Assembly: GCA_033551855.1 (NCBI GenBank)
Contig: JAWSUI010000022.1
Coordinates: 31,770-56,009, forward strand
DNA length: 24,240 nt
Source of the DNA: Deferrisomatales bacterium
Lineage (GTDB): Bacteria; Desulfobacterota; Deferrisomatia; Deferrisomatales; JACRMM01
Reading direction: 5' to 3'
Below, piece by piece: positions 1 to 8,760 of the stretch. Numbering within the stretch: the first letter of the stretch is position 1; the number at the start of each line of letters is the position of its first letter. The notes below the pieces were generated by a model. The model was not told the origin of the DNA. It worked only from the letters and a program-made list of their open reading frames with translations, and ran no database searches. The position numbers and the translations under genes are program-made.

Positions 1-19
1 GGCGGCGCCTCGGGGCAGC

Positions 20-61
20 CCGACCCTGCCGCCGACTCCGATGGCGATCCCGGAAGCGATT
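20..61. repeat. Degenerate hexamer tandem array (CCGAYN-like)
   Basis: ccgacc ctgccg ccgact ccgatg gcgatc ccggaa gcgatt in 6-bp register just past the stop of the MBL gene; resembles the array at 8600-8677. Confidence 0.4.
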
Positions 62-73
62 CGCCGGTAGGAC

Positions 74-838
74 TCAGAACCGGTAGGTCTCGCCCTCCCG
101 GGCGAAGCGCAGGCGGCCTGTTCGGCCCCGGTGGTCGCGCCAGTCGTCCCCGTAGTGCACCAGCAAGATCCGCTCCTGGTGGCCGTCGGGAAGCCCGAGG
201 AGCTCGTCGAGGGTGGCGTGGACCGGGGCGCCGCTGGCGGTGAGCTGGCAGTCGTGGAAGATCGCGCCGCACCCCGCACCGAAGCGCTCGAGATTGCGGC
301 GGTGGAGGCGGGAATCGCAGGTGAGGAGGGCGGCCCCGCCGGTCGCCCGGTCCTGCAGCCGGAACCCCCAGCTCGGCCGCCCCGGGACGTGGGGTGTGGC
401 AAACGGGATGACCTGCACGCTGCCCAGGTCGAAGGGCTCCCCCGCCCCCACCGGACGAACGTCGAAGTAGGTTTCGACGTCGGCTGCGAAGAACCCTCCC
501 CCGGGACGGGGGTGCCGCTGCCCCATGCCGGCACGCAGGGTGTGATCCCAGAGCCCCCGGAGGAGGTTGCGGGGCACGTGGAGCACCGGGCGCTCTCCCC
601 ACACGAAGTAGCCCGTGAACCCCAGCTCCTCGAGGCCCCCCACGTGGTCCCCGTGGAGGTGGCTGACCAGGACACGGGCGGCCTCCCGGAGGTCCACCCC
701 GAGGGCGCGCAGGGCCCGGGAGGCCGTGTGCCCTGCGTCCACCAGGAACGGGGCCCCCTCGGCGGGGCGCACGAGGAAATTGGTCTGGAAGAGGGTCTTG
801 GCGAAGGCCTCGCCGACCCCGAGGGGGACGATCTCCAT
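74..838 (-). CDS. MBL-fold metallo-hydrolase, Apyc1-like cyclic nucleotide phosphodiesterase (254 aa)
   Basis: ATG at 838 with GGAGA upstream (MEIVPLGVGEAFAK). Motifs LVDAG, SHLHGDHVGGLEE (HxHxDH), TPHVPG, CDSR, IFHDCQ, VHATLDEL, LVHYGD. The ORF-track extension to 1486 overlaps manC and is rejected. Confidence 0.9.
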   Translation of the reverse strand: MEIVPLGVGEAFAKTLFQTNFLVRPAEGAPFLVDAGHTASRALRALGVDLREAARVLVSHLHGDHVGGLEELGFTGYFVWGERPVLHVPRNLLRGLWDHTLRAGMGQRHPRPGGGFFAADVETYFDVRPVGAGEPFDLGSVQVIPFATPHVPGRPSWGFRLQDRATGGAALLTCDSRLHRRNLERFGAGCGAIFHDCQLTASGAPVHATLDELLGLPDGHQERILLVHYGDDWRDHRGRTGRLRFAREGETYRF

Positions 839-911
839 GGAATCTCCGGGAGGGATCGCGCGTCCGGTCCGCCTTCCGATCGACCGGAAGCGGCCGCAAG
901 TCAAGGCGGCT

Positions 912-2321
912 TCAGCGCGCCCGGCCGTAATCGTCCTGGAACCGCAGGATGTCGTCCTCCCCCAAGTAGTCCCCGATCTGCACCTCGATGATCTGCAGCG
1001 GGAGGTTGCCGGGGTTCTCCAGCCGGTGGGGGATCGTGACCGGCAGGAAGGTGGACTCCCCGGTGCGCACCAGCAGGCTCTCCCGGCCGCGGGTGACCCG
1101 GGCGGTTCCCGAGACCACGACCCAGTGCTCGCTCCGGTGGTGGTGGAGCTGCAGGGAGAGCTTCGCGCCGGGTTCCACCCGGATGCGCTTGATCTTGTAG
1201 CCGGGCCCCTGCTCCAGCACGGTGTAGGAGCCCCAGGGACGGTGCACCGTGCGGTGGAGAGCCGCCTCCTCGCGGCCCGCGGCCCGCAGGGTGTCCACCA
1301 CCCGGCCCACTTCCTGCGCCCGAGAGCGGTCGCAGACCAGGAGGGCGTCGGGGGTGTCCACCACCAGGGTGTCCTCCATCCCGACCAGGGCCACCACCTT
1401 GTTGCCCGCCCACGCCAGGCTGCCGCGGCTCTCCACGAGTACATCCTTCCCCCCGGGGGCGAGCCGCACGGCGTTTCCGTCGGCATCGGCGGGGAGGAGG
1501 TCCAGGAGGGCGGCGAAGCTCCCCAGGTCCGACCACCCGGGATCCACCGGGAGGACCGCGACCCGGGCCGACCTCTCCATGACCGCGTAGTCCACCGAGA
1601 TCCGGGGCAGGGCCGCGTACCGGTCCGCCGGCACCGCCTCGCCCGCGGCGAGGTAAGGGCGAAGCTCCTCCAGCCCTTCCCGGAGGACGGGGGCGTGCTC
1701 CGCGAGCTCCTCCAGCAAGGTGCGGGCCGTCAGACAGAACATGCCCGAGTTCCACACGTACCCCCCCTCGGCCACATAGCCCTCTGCCGTCGCCCGGTCG
1801 GGCTTCTCCACGAAACGGGCGGCGGCCCGGAACCCCTCGAAGCCGGGCAGGGAATCCCCCAACCGGATGTACCCGAACCCGGTCTCCGGCCGCGAGGGGG
1901 TGACCCCAAAGGTCACCAGGTACCCCGCCCGGGCCACGGCCTCGGCGGCCCGGGCGGCCGCCCGAAACGCCTCCCGGTCACGGATCGCGTGGTCCGAGGG
2001 AAGTACCAGGAGCACGTCGTCGGGCTCGGAGGCCAGGGCGGCGAGCCCCATCGCCGGGGCGGTGTTGCGGCCGACCGGCTCGCTGAGGACCCGCCCCTGG
2101 GGATCCAGGCCCAGCTCCCGGAGCTGGTCCGCCACGAGATACCGCCCCTCCTCCGCCCCTACGACCCAGAGGTCGTCCCCCACCAGGGGGCGGACCCGCT
2201 CGACGGTGTCCTGCAGGAGGCTTCGCTCCCCCAGGAGCGGGAGGAACTGCTTCGGGAAGCGCTCCCGCGACAACGGCCACAGCCGCGTCCCGCTTCCCCC
2301 CGCGAGGATGACCGCCCTCAT
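912..2321 (-). CDS. manC: Mannose-1-phosphate guanylyltransferase / mannose-6-phosphate isomerase
   Basis: ILAGGSGTRLWPLSR...PKQF, EPVGRNTAPA, FVEKP, WNSGMF, WSDLGS; C-terminal cupin RPWG...SLQLHHHRSEHWVVVSG. Confidence 0.96.
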   Translation of the reverse strand: MRAVILAGGSGTRLWPLSRERFPKQFLPLLGERSLLQDTVERVRPLVGDDLWVVGAEEGRYLVADQLRELGLDPQGRVLSEPVGRNTAPAMGLAALASEPDDVLLVLPSDHAIRDREAFRAAARAAEAVARAGYLVTFGVTPSRPETGFGYIRLGDSLPGFEGFRAAARFVEKPDRATAEGYVAEGGYVWNSGMFCLTARTLLEELAEHAPVLREGLEELRPYLAAGEAVPADRYAALPRISVDYAVMERSARVAVLPVDPGWSDLGSFAALLDLLPADADGNAVRLAPGGKDVLVESRGSLAWAGNKVVALVGMEDTLVVDTPDALLVCDRSRAQEVGRVVDTLRAAGREEAALHRTVHRPWGSYTVLEQGPGYKIKRIRVEPGAKLSLQLHHHRSEHWVVVSGTARVTRGRESLLVRTGESTFLPVTIPHRLENPGNLPLQIIEVQIGDYLGEDDILRFQDDYGRAR

Positions 2322-2343
2322 GAAGAGCTCCGAAGAAAAGAAA

Positions 2344-2398
2344 GTTTTAGGTTCCAGGTTCGGGGTTCACAGCCCCCAGCTCCTAGCCCCCAGCCTCC
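2344..2398. repeat. Degenerate heptamer tandem array overlapping the epimerase stop codon
   Basis: gttttag gttccag gttcggg gttcac agccccc agctcct agccccc agcctcc. Confidence 0.7.
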
Positions 2399-3339
2399 GA
2401 CTGTCCCAGACTCTCCCGGTACCACCCGATGGCCTCCTCCAGGCCCCGGCGCACGTCGTAGCTCGGCTCGTAGCCGAGGAGTCGACGGGCCTTGCCCACG
2501 TCGGCCAGGCTGTGGCGCACGTCCCCGGGGCGGGGCGCGGCGTAGACGGGCTCCCGGTCGCTACCCAGGAGACGGGCAATCTCCCGGTGGAGCTCATTGA
2601 GGCTGATCCGGTCACCGCAGGCGATGTTGAAGACCTCCCCGCACGCCTCCCGGGGGGCCTCGCATGCCCTGAGGTTCGCCTGCACCACATCCGCCACGTA
2701 GGTGAAGTCCCGGGTCTGCTCCCCGTCCCCGTAGATCTCGGCGGAGCGGCCCGCCAGCAGGGCGGAGGCGAAGCGCGGGATCACCGCGGCGTAGGCCCCG
2801 AAGGGGTCCTGGCGCCTGCCGAACACGTTGAAGTACCGCAGGCTCACCGCCTCCAGCCCGTAGAGCTCGGTGAAGATGCGACAGTACTGCTCCCCCACGT
2901 GCTTGGTCAGAGCATAGGGGGACAAGGGCCGCGCCGGCATGGTCTCCACCTTGGGGAGGGTGGGGGTGTCGCCGTAGGCCGAGGAGCTCGCGGCGAAGAC
3001 GAACCGCCGCACCCCCGCGTCCCGGGCGGCCACCAGCATGTGCAGGGTGCCCGTGACGTTGCAGTCGTTGGAGAGCGCCGGGTTCTCCACGCTCCGGGGC
3101 ACCGAGCCCAATGCCGCCTGGTGGAGCACGTACTCCACGCCCCGGCAGGCCCGGGCGCAGGTCTCCGGGTCCCGGACGTCCCCCTCCAGGAACTCCGCCG
3201 CCTCCAAGCCCCGCAGGTTCTCGCGCTTGCCCGTGAGGAAGTTGTCCAGGCCCCGGACGGTCTCCCCTGCCCCCAGGAGGGCCTCGACCAGGTTGGACCC
3301 GATGAACCCGGCGGCGCCGGTCACGAGGAATCGTGCCAT
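2383..3339 (-). CDS. SDR-family NAD-dependent epimerase, WbpP/TviC-like (UDP-GlcNAc/GlcNAcA C4-epimerase)
   Basis: TGAAGFIGSN, HQAALGSVPRS, AASSSAYGD, SPYALTK (YxxxK), LRYFNVFGRRQDP..AYAAVIP, GDGEQTRDF. Confidence 0.9.
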   Translation of the reverse strand: MARFLVTGAAGFIGSNLVEALLGAGETVRGLDNFLTGKRENLRGLEAAEFLEGDVRDPETCARACRGVEYVLHQAALGSVPRSVENPALSNDCNVTGTLHMLVAARDAGVRRFVFAASSSAYGDTPTLPKVETMPARPLSPYALTKHVGEQYCRIFTELYGLEAVSLRYFNVFGRRQDPFGAYAAVIPRFASALLAGRSAEIYGDGEQTRDFTYVADVVQANLRACEAPREACGEVFNIACGDRISLNELHREIARLLGSDREPVYAAPRPGDVRHSLADVGKARRLLGYEPSYDVRRGLEEAIGWYRESLGQSEAGG

Positions 3340-3366
3340 GTCTGCTCCTGGGGCCGGCCCGGCCCC

Positions 3367-4335
3367 TCACCGCATGCCGGCCTCGCCGTGATATTCCCGG
3401 TACCAGGCCACGAACCGGGGGATCCCCTCCTCGATGGTCGTACGGGGCTCCCAACCCAGCAGCCGGCGGGTCTTCGAGACGTCCGCGAAGGTGCGGGGCA
3501 CGTCCCCTGGCTGCATGGGCAGGAGGTTCCGGCGGGCCTCCACCCCCAGGGCTCCCTCGAGGATCCGGATGAAGCGGTCCAGCCGTACGGTGCGAGAGTT
3601 GCCCAGGTTCAGCACCTCGTCCCCCAAGGGGCGGTCCAGGGCCGCGAGCACCCCCTCCACGATGTCGTCCACGTACGTGAAGTCCCGTTCCATGTCCCCC
3701 CGGTTGTACACGTCGATGGGCCGGCCCGCGAGGATGCTGCGGGTGAAGGAGTACAGGGCCATGTCCGGGCGGCCCCATGGCCCGTACACCGTGAAGAAGC
3801 GCAGCCCGGTCACCGGGACCCCATACAGGTGGTGATAGGTGTGGGCCATGAGCTCATCGGCGAGCTTGGTGGCGGCGTAGAGGCTCACGGGGCGGTCGAC
3901 CCGGTCGTCCTCGGAGAACGGCACCTTCGCGTTGGCTCCGTACACCGACGAGGACGAGGCGTACACGAGGTTGCCCGTGCCCCGGTGCCGGCAGGCCTCG
4001 AGCACGTGGAGGAACCCCATGAGGTTGGCGTGCCCGTACGCCACCGGGTTCTCCAGGCTGTAGCGCACCCCGGCCTGGGCGGCCAGGTGGCAGACGGCGT
4101 CGTAGGGCCCTTCGTCGAAGGCCCGGCCCAGGGCAACGGGGTCGGCCACGTCGGCCCGGTGAAAGGAGAACCCCCGACAGGGCTCCAGCAGGGCAAGGCG
4201 CGCCTGCTTGAGCCGGACGTCGTAGTAGGCGTTCAGGTCGTCGAGCCCCACCACGCACGCTCCCCGCTCGAGCAGGGCCCGGGCGACGTGGAACCCGATG
4301 AAGCCGGCGGCGCCGGTGACCAGGTAACGGGCCAT
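3367..4335 (-). CDS. NAD-dependent epimerase, UDP-glucuronate 4-epimerase-like (322 aa)
   Basis: ATG at 4335 after AAGGA. LVTGAAGFIG, YYDVRLKQARL, HLAAQAGVRYSLENP, YAATK, LRFFTVYGPWGRPDMA, PMQPGDV. Confidence 0.92.
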   Translation of the reverse strand: MARYLVTGAAGFIGFHVARALLERGACVVGLDDLNAYYDVRLKQARLALLEPCRGFSFHRADVADPVALGRAFDEGPYDAVCHLAAQAGVRYSLENPVAYGHANLMGFLHVLEACRHRGTGNLVYASSSSVYGANAKVPFSEDDRVDRPVSLYAATKLADELMAHTYHHLYGVPVTGLRFFTVYGPWGRPDMALYSFTRSILAGRPIDVYNRGDMERDFTYVDDIVEGVLAALDRPLGDEVLNLGNSRTVRLDRFIRILEGALGVEARRNLLPMQPGDVPRTFADVSKTRRLLGWEPRTTIEEGIPRFVAWYREYHGEAGMR

Positions 4336-4378
4336 GGGGCAGTCCTTGGGGGGGGGAAAGGGGCGAGAAGCGCCCGGG

Positions 4379-4387
4379 ATGGTAACA
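4379..4387 (-). promoter_or_regulatory. Candidate extended -10 element for the minus-strand epimerase operon
   Basis: Minus strand TGTTACCAT (TGn+TACCAT) about 45 nt upstream of the ATG at 4335; no good -35. Confidence 0.35.
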
Positions 4388-4474
4388 GAGGGCGGGGCAC
4401 ACCTTCCAGGCGAAACCCCGGAAACGGCTCGGCAACCCCGACCCTCCCACCTCTCGGCCCCCGCGCCCACTTTC

Positions 4475-4504
4475 TTGACCCCCCGGAAACGCGGTTGCTA
4501 TACT
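4475..4504 (+). promoter_or_regulatory. Sigma70-type promoter for the nitroreductase-pgm operon
   Basis: TTGACC (4475-4480), 18-bp spacer ending TGC, TATACT (4499-4504); 38 nt upstream of the ATG at 4543. Confidence 0.7.
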
Positions 4505-4542
4505 TCCGCGCTCTTCCCGGACCCCGGACGACGTGAGAAAAT

Positions 4543-5049
4543 ATGGAGCTTCTCGAGGCCATCCGAACGCGCCGCAGCGTGCGGGACTTCCGCCCGGACC
4601 CCGTTTCCAGGGAGCTCCTGGAAGCGGTGGTCGATGCAGCCCATTGGGCCCCGTCGGGGCTGAACAACCAACCTTGGCGGTTCCACCTGGTCCAGGACCC
4701 GGCCGTGCTCGAGGGTCTGGCAGCCTGTACCCGCTACGGCCACGTGCTCCGGTCAGCCCGGGCCGCGGTGGCCGTCTTTCTGGAGGGGAGCGCCTCCTAT
4801 CACCGGGACAAGGACTGTCAGGGGGTGGGCGCCTGCCTCCAGAACCTCCTGCTGGCCGCCCACGGCCTGGGGCTGGGGTCCTGCTGGCTCGGCGAGATCC
4901 TGAACCGACGCCACGACGTGGAGAAGCTGCTGGGGGCGCCGGTTTCCTGCGAGCTCATGGCCGTGGTGGCCCTCGGCTACCCGGCCCGGGAGCGCCAGGG
5001 CACCGCCGATCGTCTGCCCCTGGACCGCCTGATCGTCGGCAGGAGCTAG
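4543..5049 (+). CDS. Nitroreductase family protein
   Basis: AIRTRRSVRDF, WAPSGLNNQPWRF, QNLLLAAHGLGLGSCWLG, VALGYP. Confidence 0.93.
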   Translation: MELLEAIRTRRSVRDFRPDPVSRELLEAVVDAAHWAPSGLNNQPWRFHLVQDPAVLEGLAACTRYGHVLRSARAAVAVFLEGSASYHRDKDCQGVGACLQNLLLAAHGLGLGSCWLGEILNRRHDVEKLLGAPVSCELMAVVALGYPARERQGTADRLPLDRLIVGRS

Positions 5050-5099
5050 GCACGGGGCCCTTCGGCCCGGTCGCCCCGACGCATCCCTTGGGAGGGCAC

Positions 5100-6530
5100 A
5101 TGAAGCAAGCGACCGTGAAGTTCGGCACCTCGGGGTGGAGGGCGGTCCTGTGCGACGACTTCACCTTCGAGAACGTGCGGGTGGTGGTCCAGGCCGTGGC
5201 CGATCACCTCGTGGCCGAGGGCCTCGGCGGGCAGGGCGTGCTGGTCGCCCACGACACCCGCTTCATGGGTCCGGCCTTCGCCCGGGTGGCCTGCGAGGTG
5301 CTGGCGGGCAACGGCCTGCGAGCCTACGCGGTCGACCGGGACGTCCCCACCCCCGTGGTCTCCTTCGACATCCTCCACCACGGGCGGGACGGCGCGCTCA
5401 ATTTCACCGCCTCTCACAACCCCCCCGAGTACAACGGCGTCAAGTTCAGCCCGGCCTGGGGCGGCCCTGCGCTGCCCGAAACCACCCGGGACATCGAGAT
5501 TCGCGCCAATGCGGGCATGGTCGAGGGGCAGTACCGCCGGCTCGGCTTCGACGAGGCCCTGGCGGCCGGCCTGGTGGTCCGCCACGACCCGCGGCCGGCG
5601 TACCTGGACCGCCTGCGGGAGCTCGTGGACTTCGACCGCATCCGGGCCGCCGGGCTCCGGCTCGCCGTCGACCCCCTCTTCGGCACGGCGCGAGGTTATC
5701 TGGATCACCTCCTGGCCGAGGCGGGGTGTGAGCTCCGGATGGTCCACGACTACCCGGACCCCCTCTTCGGGGGCCGGCCGCCGGAGCCCAGCGAGGCACA
5801 CATCCCCGAGCTCCTCGCCCTCGTCCGGGAGGACCCGGGGGTCCGGCTCGGCCTCTCCACCGACGGGGACGCCGACCGCTTCGGGGTCGTGGACGCCGGC
5901 GGCCGGTTCCTGGAGCCCAACTACTTCCTGGCCCTGCTCCTGGACTACCTGATCCGGGACCGAGGGTTCGAAGGTGGGGTGGCCCGCAGCGTGGCCACCA
6001 CCCACCTCGTGGACGCTGTGGCCCGCGACCTCGGCCGGCAGGTCCACGAGACCCCCGTGGGGTTCAAGTTCATCGGCGACCTGATCCGCAGGGGAGAGGT
6101 CGCCTTGGGCGGCGAGGAGTCCGCCGGCCTCTCCATCCGGGGCCACGTTCCCGAAAAGGACGGCATCCTGGCCTGCTGCCTGGCCGCGGAGATGGTCGCC
6201 CGGCGGGGCAAGCCGCTCTTCGAGCAGCTCGAGGAGCTCTACGCCCGGGTGGGCCGCACCCTGACCCGGAGGGTAAACCTCCACCTCAGCCCGGCCCAGG
6301 AGCAGGCCCTCGGGGAGCGCCTCGGCGCCCCGCCTTCATCGTTCGCGGGCCGCGGGGTCACGGGCACGGTCACCCTGGACGGCCTCAAGCTCCTCCTGGA
6401 AGGGGGCGCGTGGCTCCTGGTGCGCAAGTCGGGCACCGAGCCCGTGGTGCGCCTCTACCTGGAGGCCTCCGACCCCGACACCCTCGACGCCCTGACCGAA
6501 GCAGGCCAGGGATGGATCCTGGGTTCCTGA
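5100..6530 (+). CDS. Phosphoglucomutase/phosphomannomutase family protein (476 aa)
   Basis: ATG at 5100 after GGAGGG. KFGTSGWR, TASHNP (phospho-Ser), DGDADRF metal loop, GGEESAG, RKSGTEP. Confidence 0.95.
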   Translation: MKQATVKFGTSGWRAVLCDDFTFENVRVVVQAVADHLVAEGLGGQGVLVAHDTRFMGPAFARVACEVLAGNGLRAYAVDRDVPTPVVSFDILHHGRDGALNFTASHNPPEYNGVKFSPAWGGPALPETTRDIEIRANAGMVEGQYRRLGFDEALAAGLVVRHDPRPAYLDRLRELVDFDRIRAAGLRLAVDPLFGTARGYLDHLLAEAGCELRMVHDYPDPLFGGRPPEPSEAHIPELLALVREDPGVRLGLSTDGDADRFGVVDAGGRFLEPNYFLALLLDYLIRDRGFEGGVARSVATTHLVDAVARDLGRQVHETPVGFKFIGDLIRRGEVALGGEESAGLSIRGHVPEKDGILACCLAAEMVARRGKPLFEQLEELYARVGRTLTRRVNLHLSPAQEQALGERLGAPPSSFAGRGVTGTVTLDGLKLLLEGGAWLLVRKSGTEPVVRLYLEASDPDTLDALTEAGQGWILGS

Positions 6531-6572
6531 GCTCCACCCCGTCGCTCGTCACCCGTCCCCGAGAGGTACCCG

Positions 6573-7193
6573 ATGATCCTCGATATCCACCCCGTCGGCA
6601 TGATCCAGGCCAACTGCTACATCCTGGGGGACGAAGAGACCCGGGAGGCGGTGGTCATCGACCCCGGCGGCGACACCCCGGTGCTGGTGCGCTCCCTCGA
6701 GGCCCGACGCCTCAATCCCGTGGCCATCCTGGCCACCCACGGCCACTTCGACCACGTGGAGGGCCTGGCAAGCCTCAAGCGGGCCACCGGGGCGCCGATC
6801 CACGTCCACCGGGGGGACTTGACCCTGATCCAGGGGATGACCGGCCAGGGCCTCCTCTTCGGGGTCCGGGTAGAGGCGGCACCCGCCCCCGACGTGTTCC
6901 TGGAGGACGGGGACAGGGTCCGGTTCGGCCCCTACACCCTCCAGGTGCTCCACACCCCCGGCCATTCCCCGGGCTCGGTGAGCTACCTCCTGGACAAGAG
7001 CGTCTTCGTGGGCGACCTCCTCTTCGCCGGCTCCATAGGGCGCACCGACCTGCAGGGAGGGGACTACGACACCCTGCTCCGGTCCGTGCGCACACGGATC
7101 TTCACCCTGCCCGAGGACACGGTGGTCTACCCCGGCCACGGCCCGGCCACCACCGTGCGCACCGAAAAGCGGACCAACCCCTTCTTCCAGTGA
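6573..7193 (+). CDS. MBL-fold metallo-hydrolase, glyoxalase II-like
   Basis: NCYI, IDPG, THGHFDHV, HTPGHSPG, GDLLFAGSIGRTD, YPGHGP.TT..EK..NPF; RBS GAGG. Confidence 0.93.
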   Translation: MILDIHPVGMIQANCYILGDEETREAVVIDPGGDTPVLVRSLEARRLNPVAILATHGHFDHVEGLASLKRATGAPIHVHRGDLTLIQGMTGQGLLFGVRVEAAPAPDVFLEDGDRVRFGPYTLQVLHTPGHSPGSVSYLLDKSVFVGDLLFAGSIGRTDLQGGDYDTLLRSVRTRIFTLPEDTVVYPGHGPATTVRTEKRTNPFFQ

Positions 7194-7260
7194 CAGGCCC
7201 GGGCCCCCCCGCCCCCGGGCGCCGCCCCCCGGCCGCCCGCCACCCGTCGGGAGCGCGCAC

Positions 7261-8517
7261 ATGCTGAGAGATCGGGAGATCATCCTCGGGGTCTCGGGAG
7301 GTATCGCCGCTTACAAGGGCGTGCTCCTCTGCCGCGACCTGACCCAGCGCGGCGCGCACGTCCACGTGGTGATGACAGAGAACGCCACCCGGTTCGTCAC
7401 GCCGCTCACCTTCCAGACGATCTCGGGCAACCCCGTCACCCAGGAGCTCTTCGCCCTGTTCCAGGGCTCGGAGATCGGCCACGTCACCCTGGCCGACCGG
7501 GCCCACGTCATGGTGGTGGCCCCTGCCACGGCCAACCTGCTGGGAAAGGTGGCGAACGGGATCGCCGACGACTTTCTTTCCACCATGATCATGGCGACCC
7601 GGGTCCCGGTGCTCTTCGCCCCGGCGATGAACGTCGTCATGTGGGAGAGCCGGGCGATGCAGCGCAACGTGGGGCTTCTGGCGGAGGCCGGCTACCACCT
7701 GGTGGGCCCTGTTCCCGGCGAGCTCGCCTGCGGGGTCACGGGCAAGGGCAAGATGGCGCCTCCGGAGGAGATCGTCGATGCCCTCGAGATCCTCCTCTCC
7801 CCCAAGGACCTGGTCGGGGAGCACGTCCTGGTCACGGCCGGTCCCACCGTGGAGCCCATCGACCCGGTTCGGTTCGTCTCCAACCACTCCTCGGGGAAGA
7901 TGGGCTACGCCCTGGCCCGGGCGGCGGTGCGCCGGGGAGCGCAAGTCACCCTGGTCACCGGGCCCACCAACCTGGCCCCGCCGCTGCACGCGCGGGTGCT
8001 GCGGGTCACCACCGCCCGCCAGATGCACGAGGTCGTCCTGCGGGAGGCCCCCGACGCGAGCGTGATCCTCAAGGCGGCCGCCGTGTCGGACTGGCGGCCC
8101 GTGTCCTCCGCCCCCCAGAAGATCAAGAAGCGCCAGGGGGCCCCGCCTCCCCTGGATCTGGAGCCCAACCCGGACATCCTGCGGGACCTGGGTGAGCACA
8201 AGCGTCCAGGGCAGCTCCTCATCGGCTTCGCGGCGGAGACCGCCGACCTGGAGGCCAATGCCCGGGCGAAGCTCGCCGAGAAGCATCTGGACGCAGTGGT
8301 GGCCAACGACGTCACGGCCCCCGGGGCCGGCTTCCTGGTAGACACGAACGCCGTGCGCATCTTTACCGCGGACGGCTCGGAGATCGGTGTGCCCCTCACC
8401 ACCAAGGAGCGGGTAGCGGACCGGGTGCTGGGGGTCGTCGTGAAGCTGCGCACCGGCACCCAGAAGCAGCTCTGGGAGCCCCCCACCGGAACCCCCCGGG
8501 CGTGGCCGGAGCCGTGA
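7261..8517 (+). CDS. coaBC: Bifunctional phosphopantothenoylcysteine decarboxylase / phosphopantothenate-cysteine ligase
   Basis: GGIAAYK, APATAN, APAMN..MW, LACG..GKGKM, VTAGPT.EPIDPVRF.SN.SSGKMG, AAAVSD, GFAAET, VANDV. Confidence 0.97.
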   Translation: MLRDREIILGVSGGIAAYKGVLLCRDLTQRGAHVHVVMTENATRFVTPLTFQTISGNPVTQELFALFQGSEIGHVTLADRAHVMVVAPATANLLGKVANGIADDFLSTMIMATRVPVLFAPAMNVVMWESRAMQRNVGLLAEAGYHLVGPVPGELACGVTGKGKMAPPEEIVDALEILLSPKDLVGEHVLVTAGPTVEPIDPVRFVSNHSSGKMGYALARAAVRRGAQVTLVTGPTNLAPPLHARVLRVTTARQMHEVVLREAPDASVILKAAAVSDWRPVSSAPQKIKKRQGAPPPLDLEPNPDILRDLGEHKRPGQLLIGFAAETADLEANARAKLAEKHLDAVVANDVTAPGAGFLVDTNAVRIFTADGSEIGVPLTTKERVADRVLGVVVKLRTGTQKQLWEPPTGTPRAWPEP

Positions 8518-8599
8518 GGCTGGTGGAGGGAGCGTCGCGGGTGGCGCCGGCAGGGCACGGGAAGCAAGCATGCAGAGGGATCTCCCCTCCACGGAACCC

Positions 8600-8677
8600 A
8601 TCGGGATCGGGATCGCCACCCCGATCTCGCCGAGGTTCCTAACGACGATCGGCCTCGATACCGATACCGGTACCGAC
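8600..8677. repeat. Quasi-inverted hexamer arrays (ATCGGG-type left arm, ACCGAT-type right arm)
   Basis: atcggg atcggg atcgcc accccg atctcg ... atcggc ctcgat accgat accggt accgac in the coaBC-ugd spacer. Confidence 0.65.
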
Positions 8678-8760
8678 AGAGAACAGGACGAGCCCCGGCG
8701 GGCCGGAGCTCCCTCCGTTGGCAAGGGTGAGCGGGCCGCGGAGCACCGACAGGAGAGGCC

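Noticed and set aside
1867..4536. 889-aa plus-strand ORF
   Set aside because: Antisense shadow of three well-supported minus-strand genes; no motifs; expected in high-GC DNA.
5056..5069. Hairpin GGGCC-CTTC-GGCCC as a terminator after the nitroreductase gene
   Set aside because: Short stem, no U-tract, and it lies inside an apparent operon.
4533..5099. N-terminal extension of the PGM ORF, and similar extensions on the MBL, galE, nik(MN), pglF-like and cupin ORFs
   Set aside because: Extensions overlap other genes or repeats; internal starts with a good RBS or a family-typical N-terminus exist.
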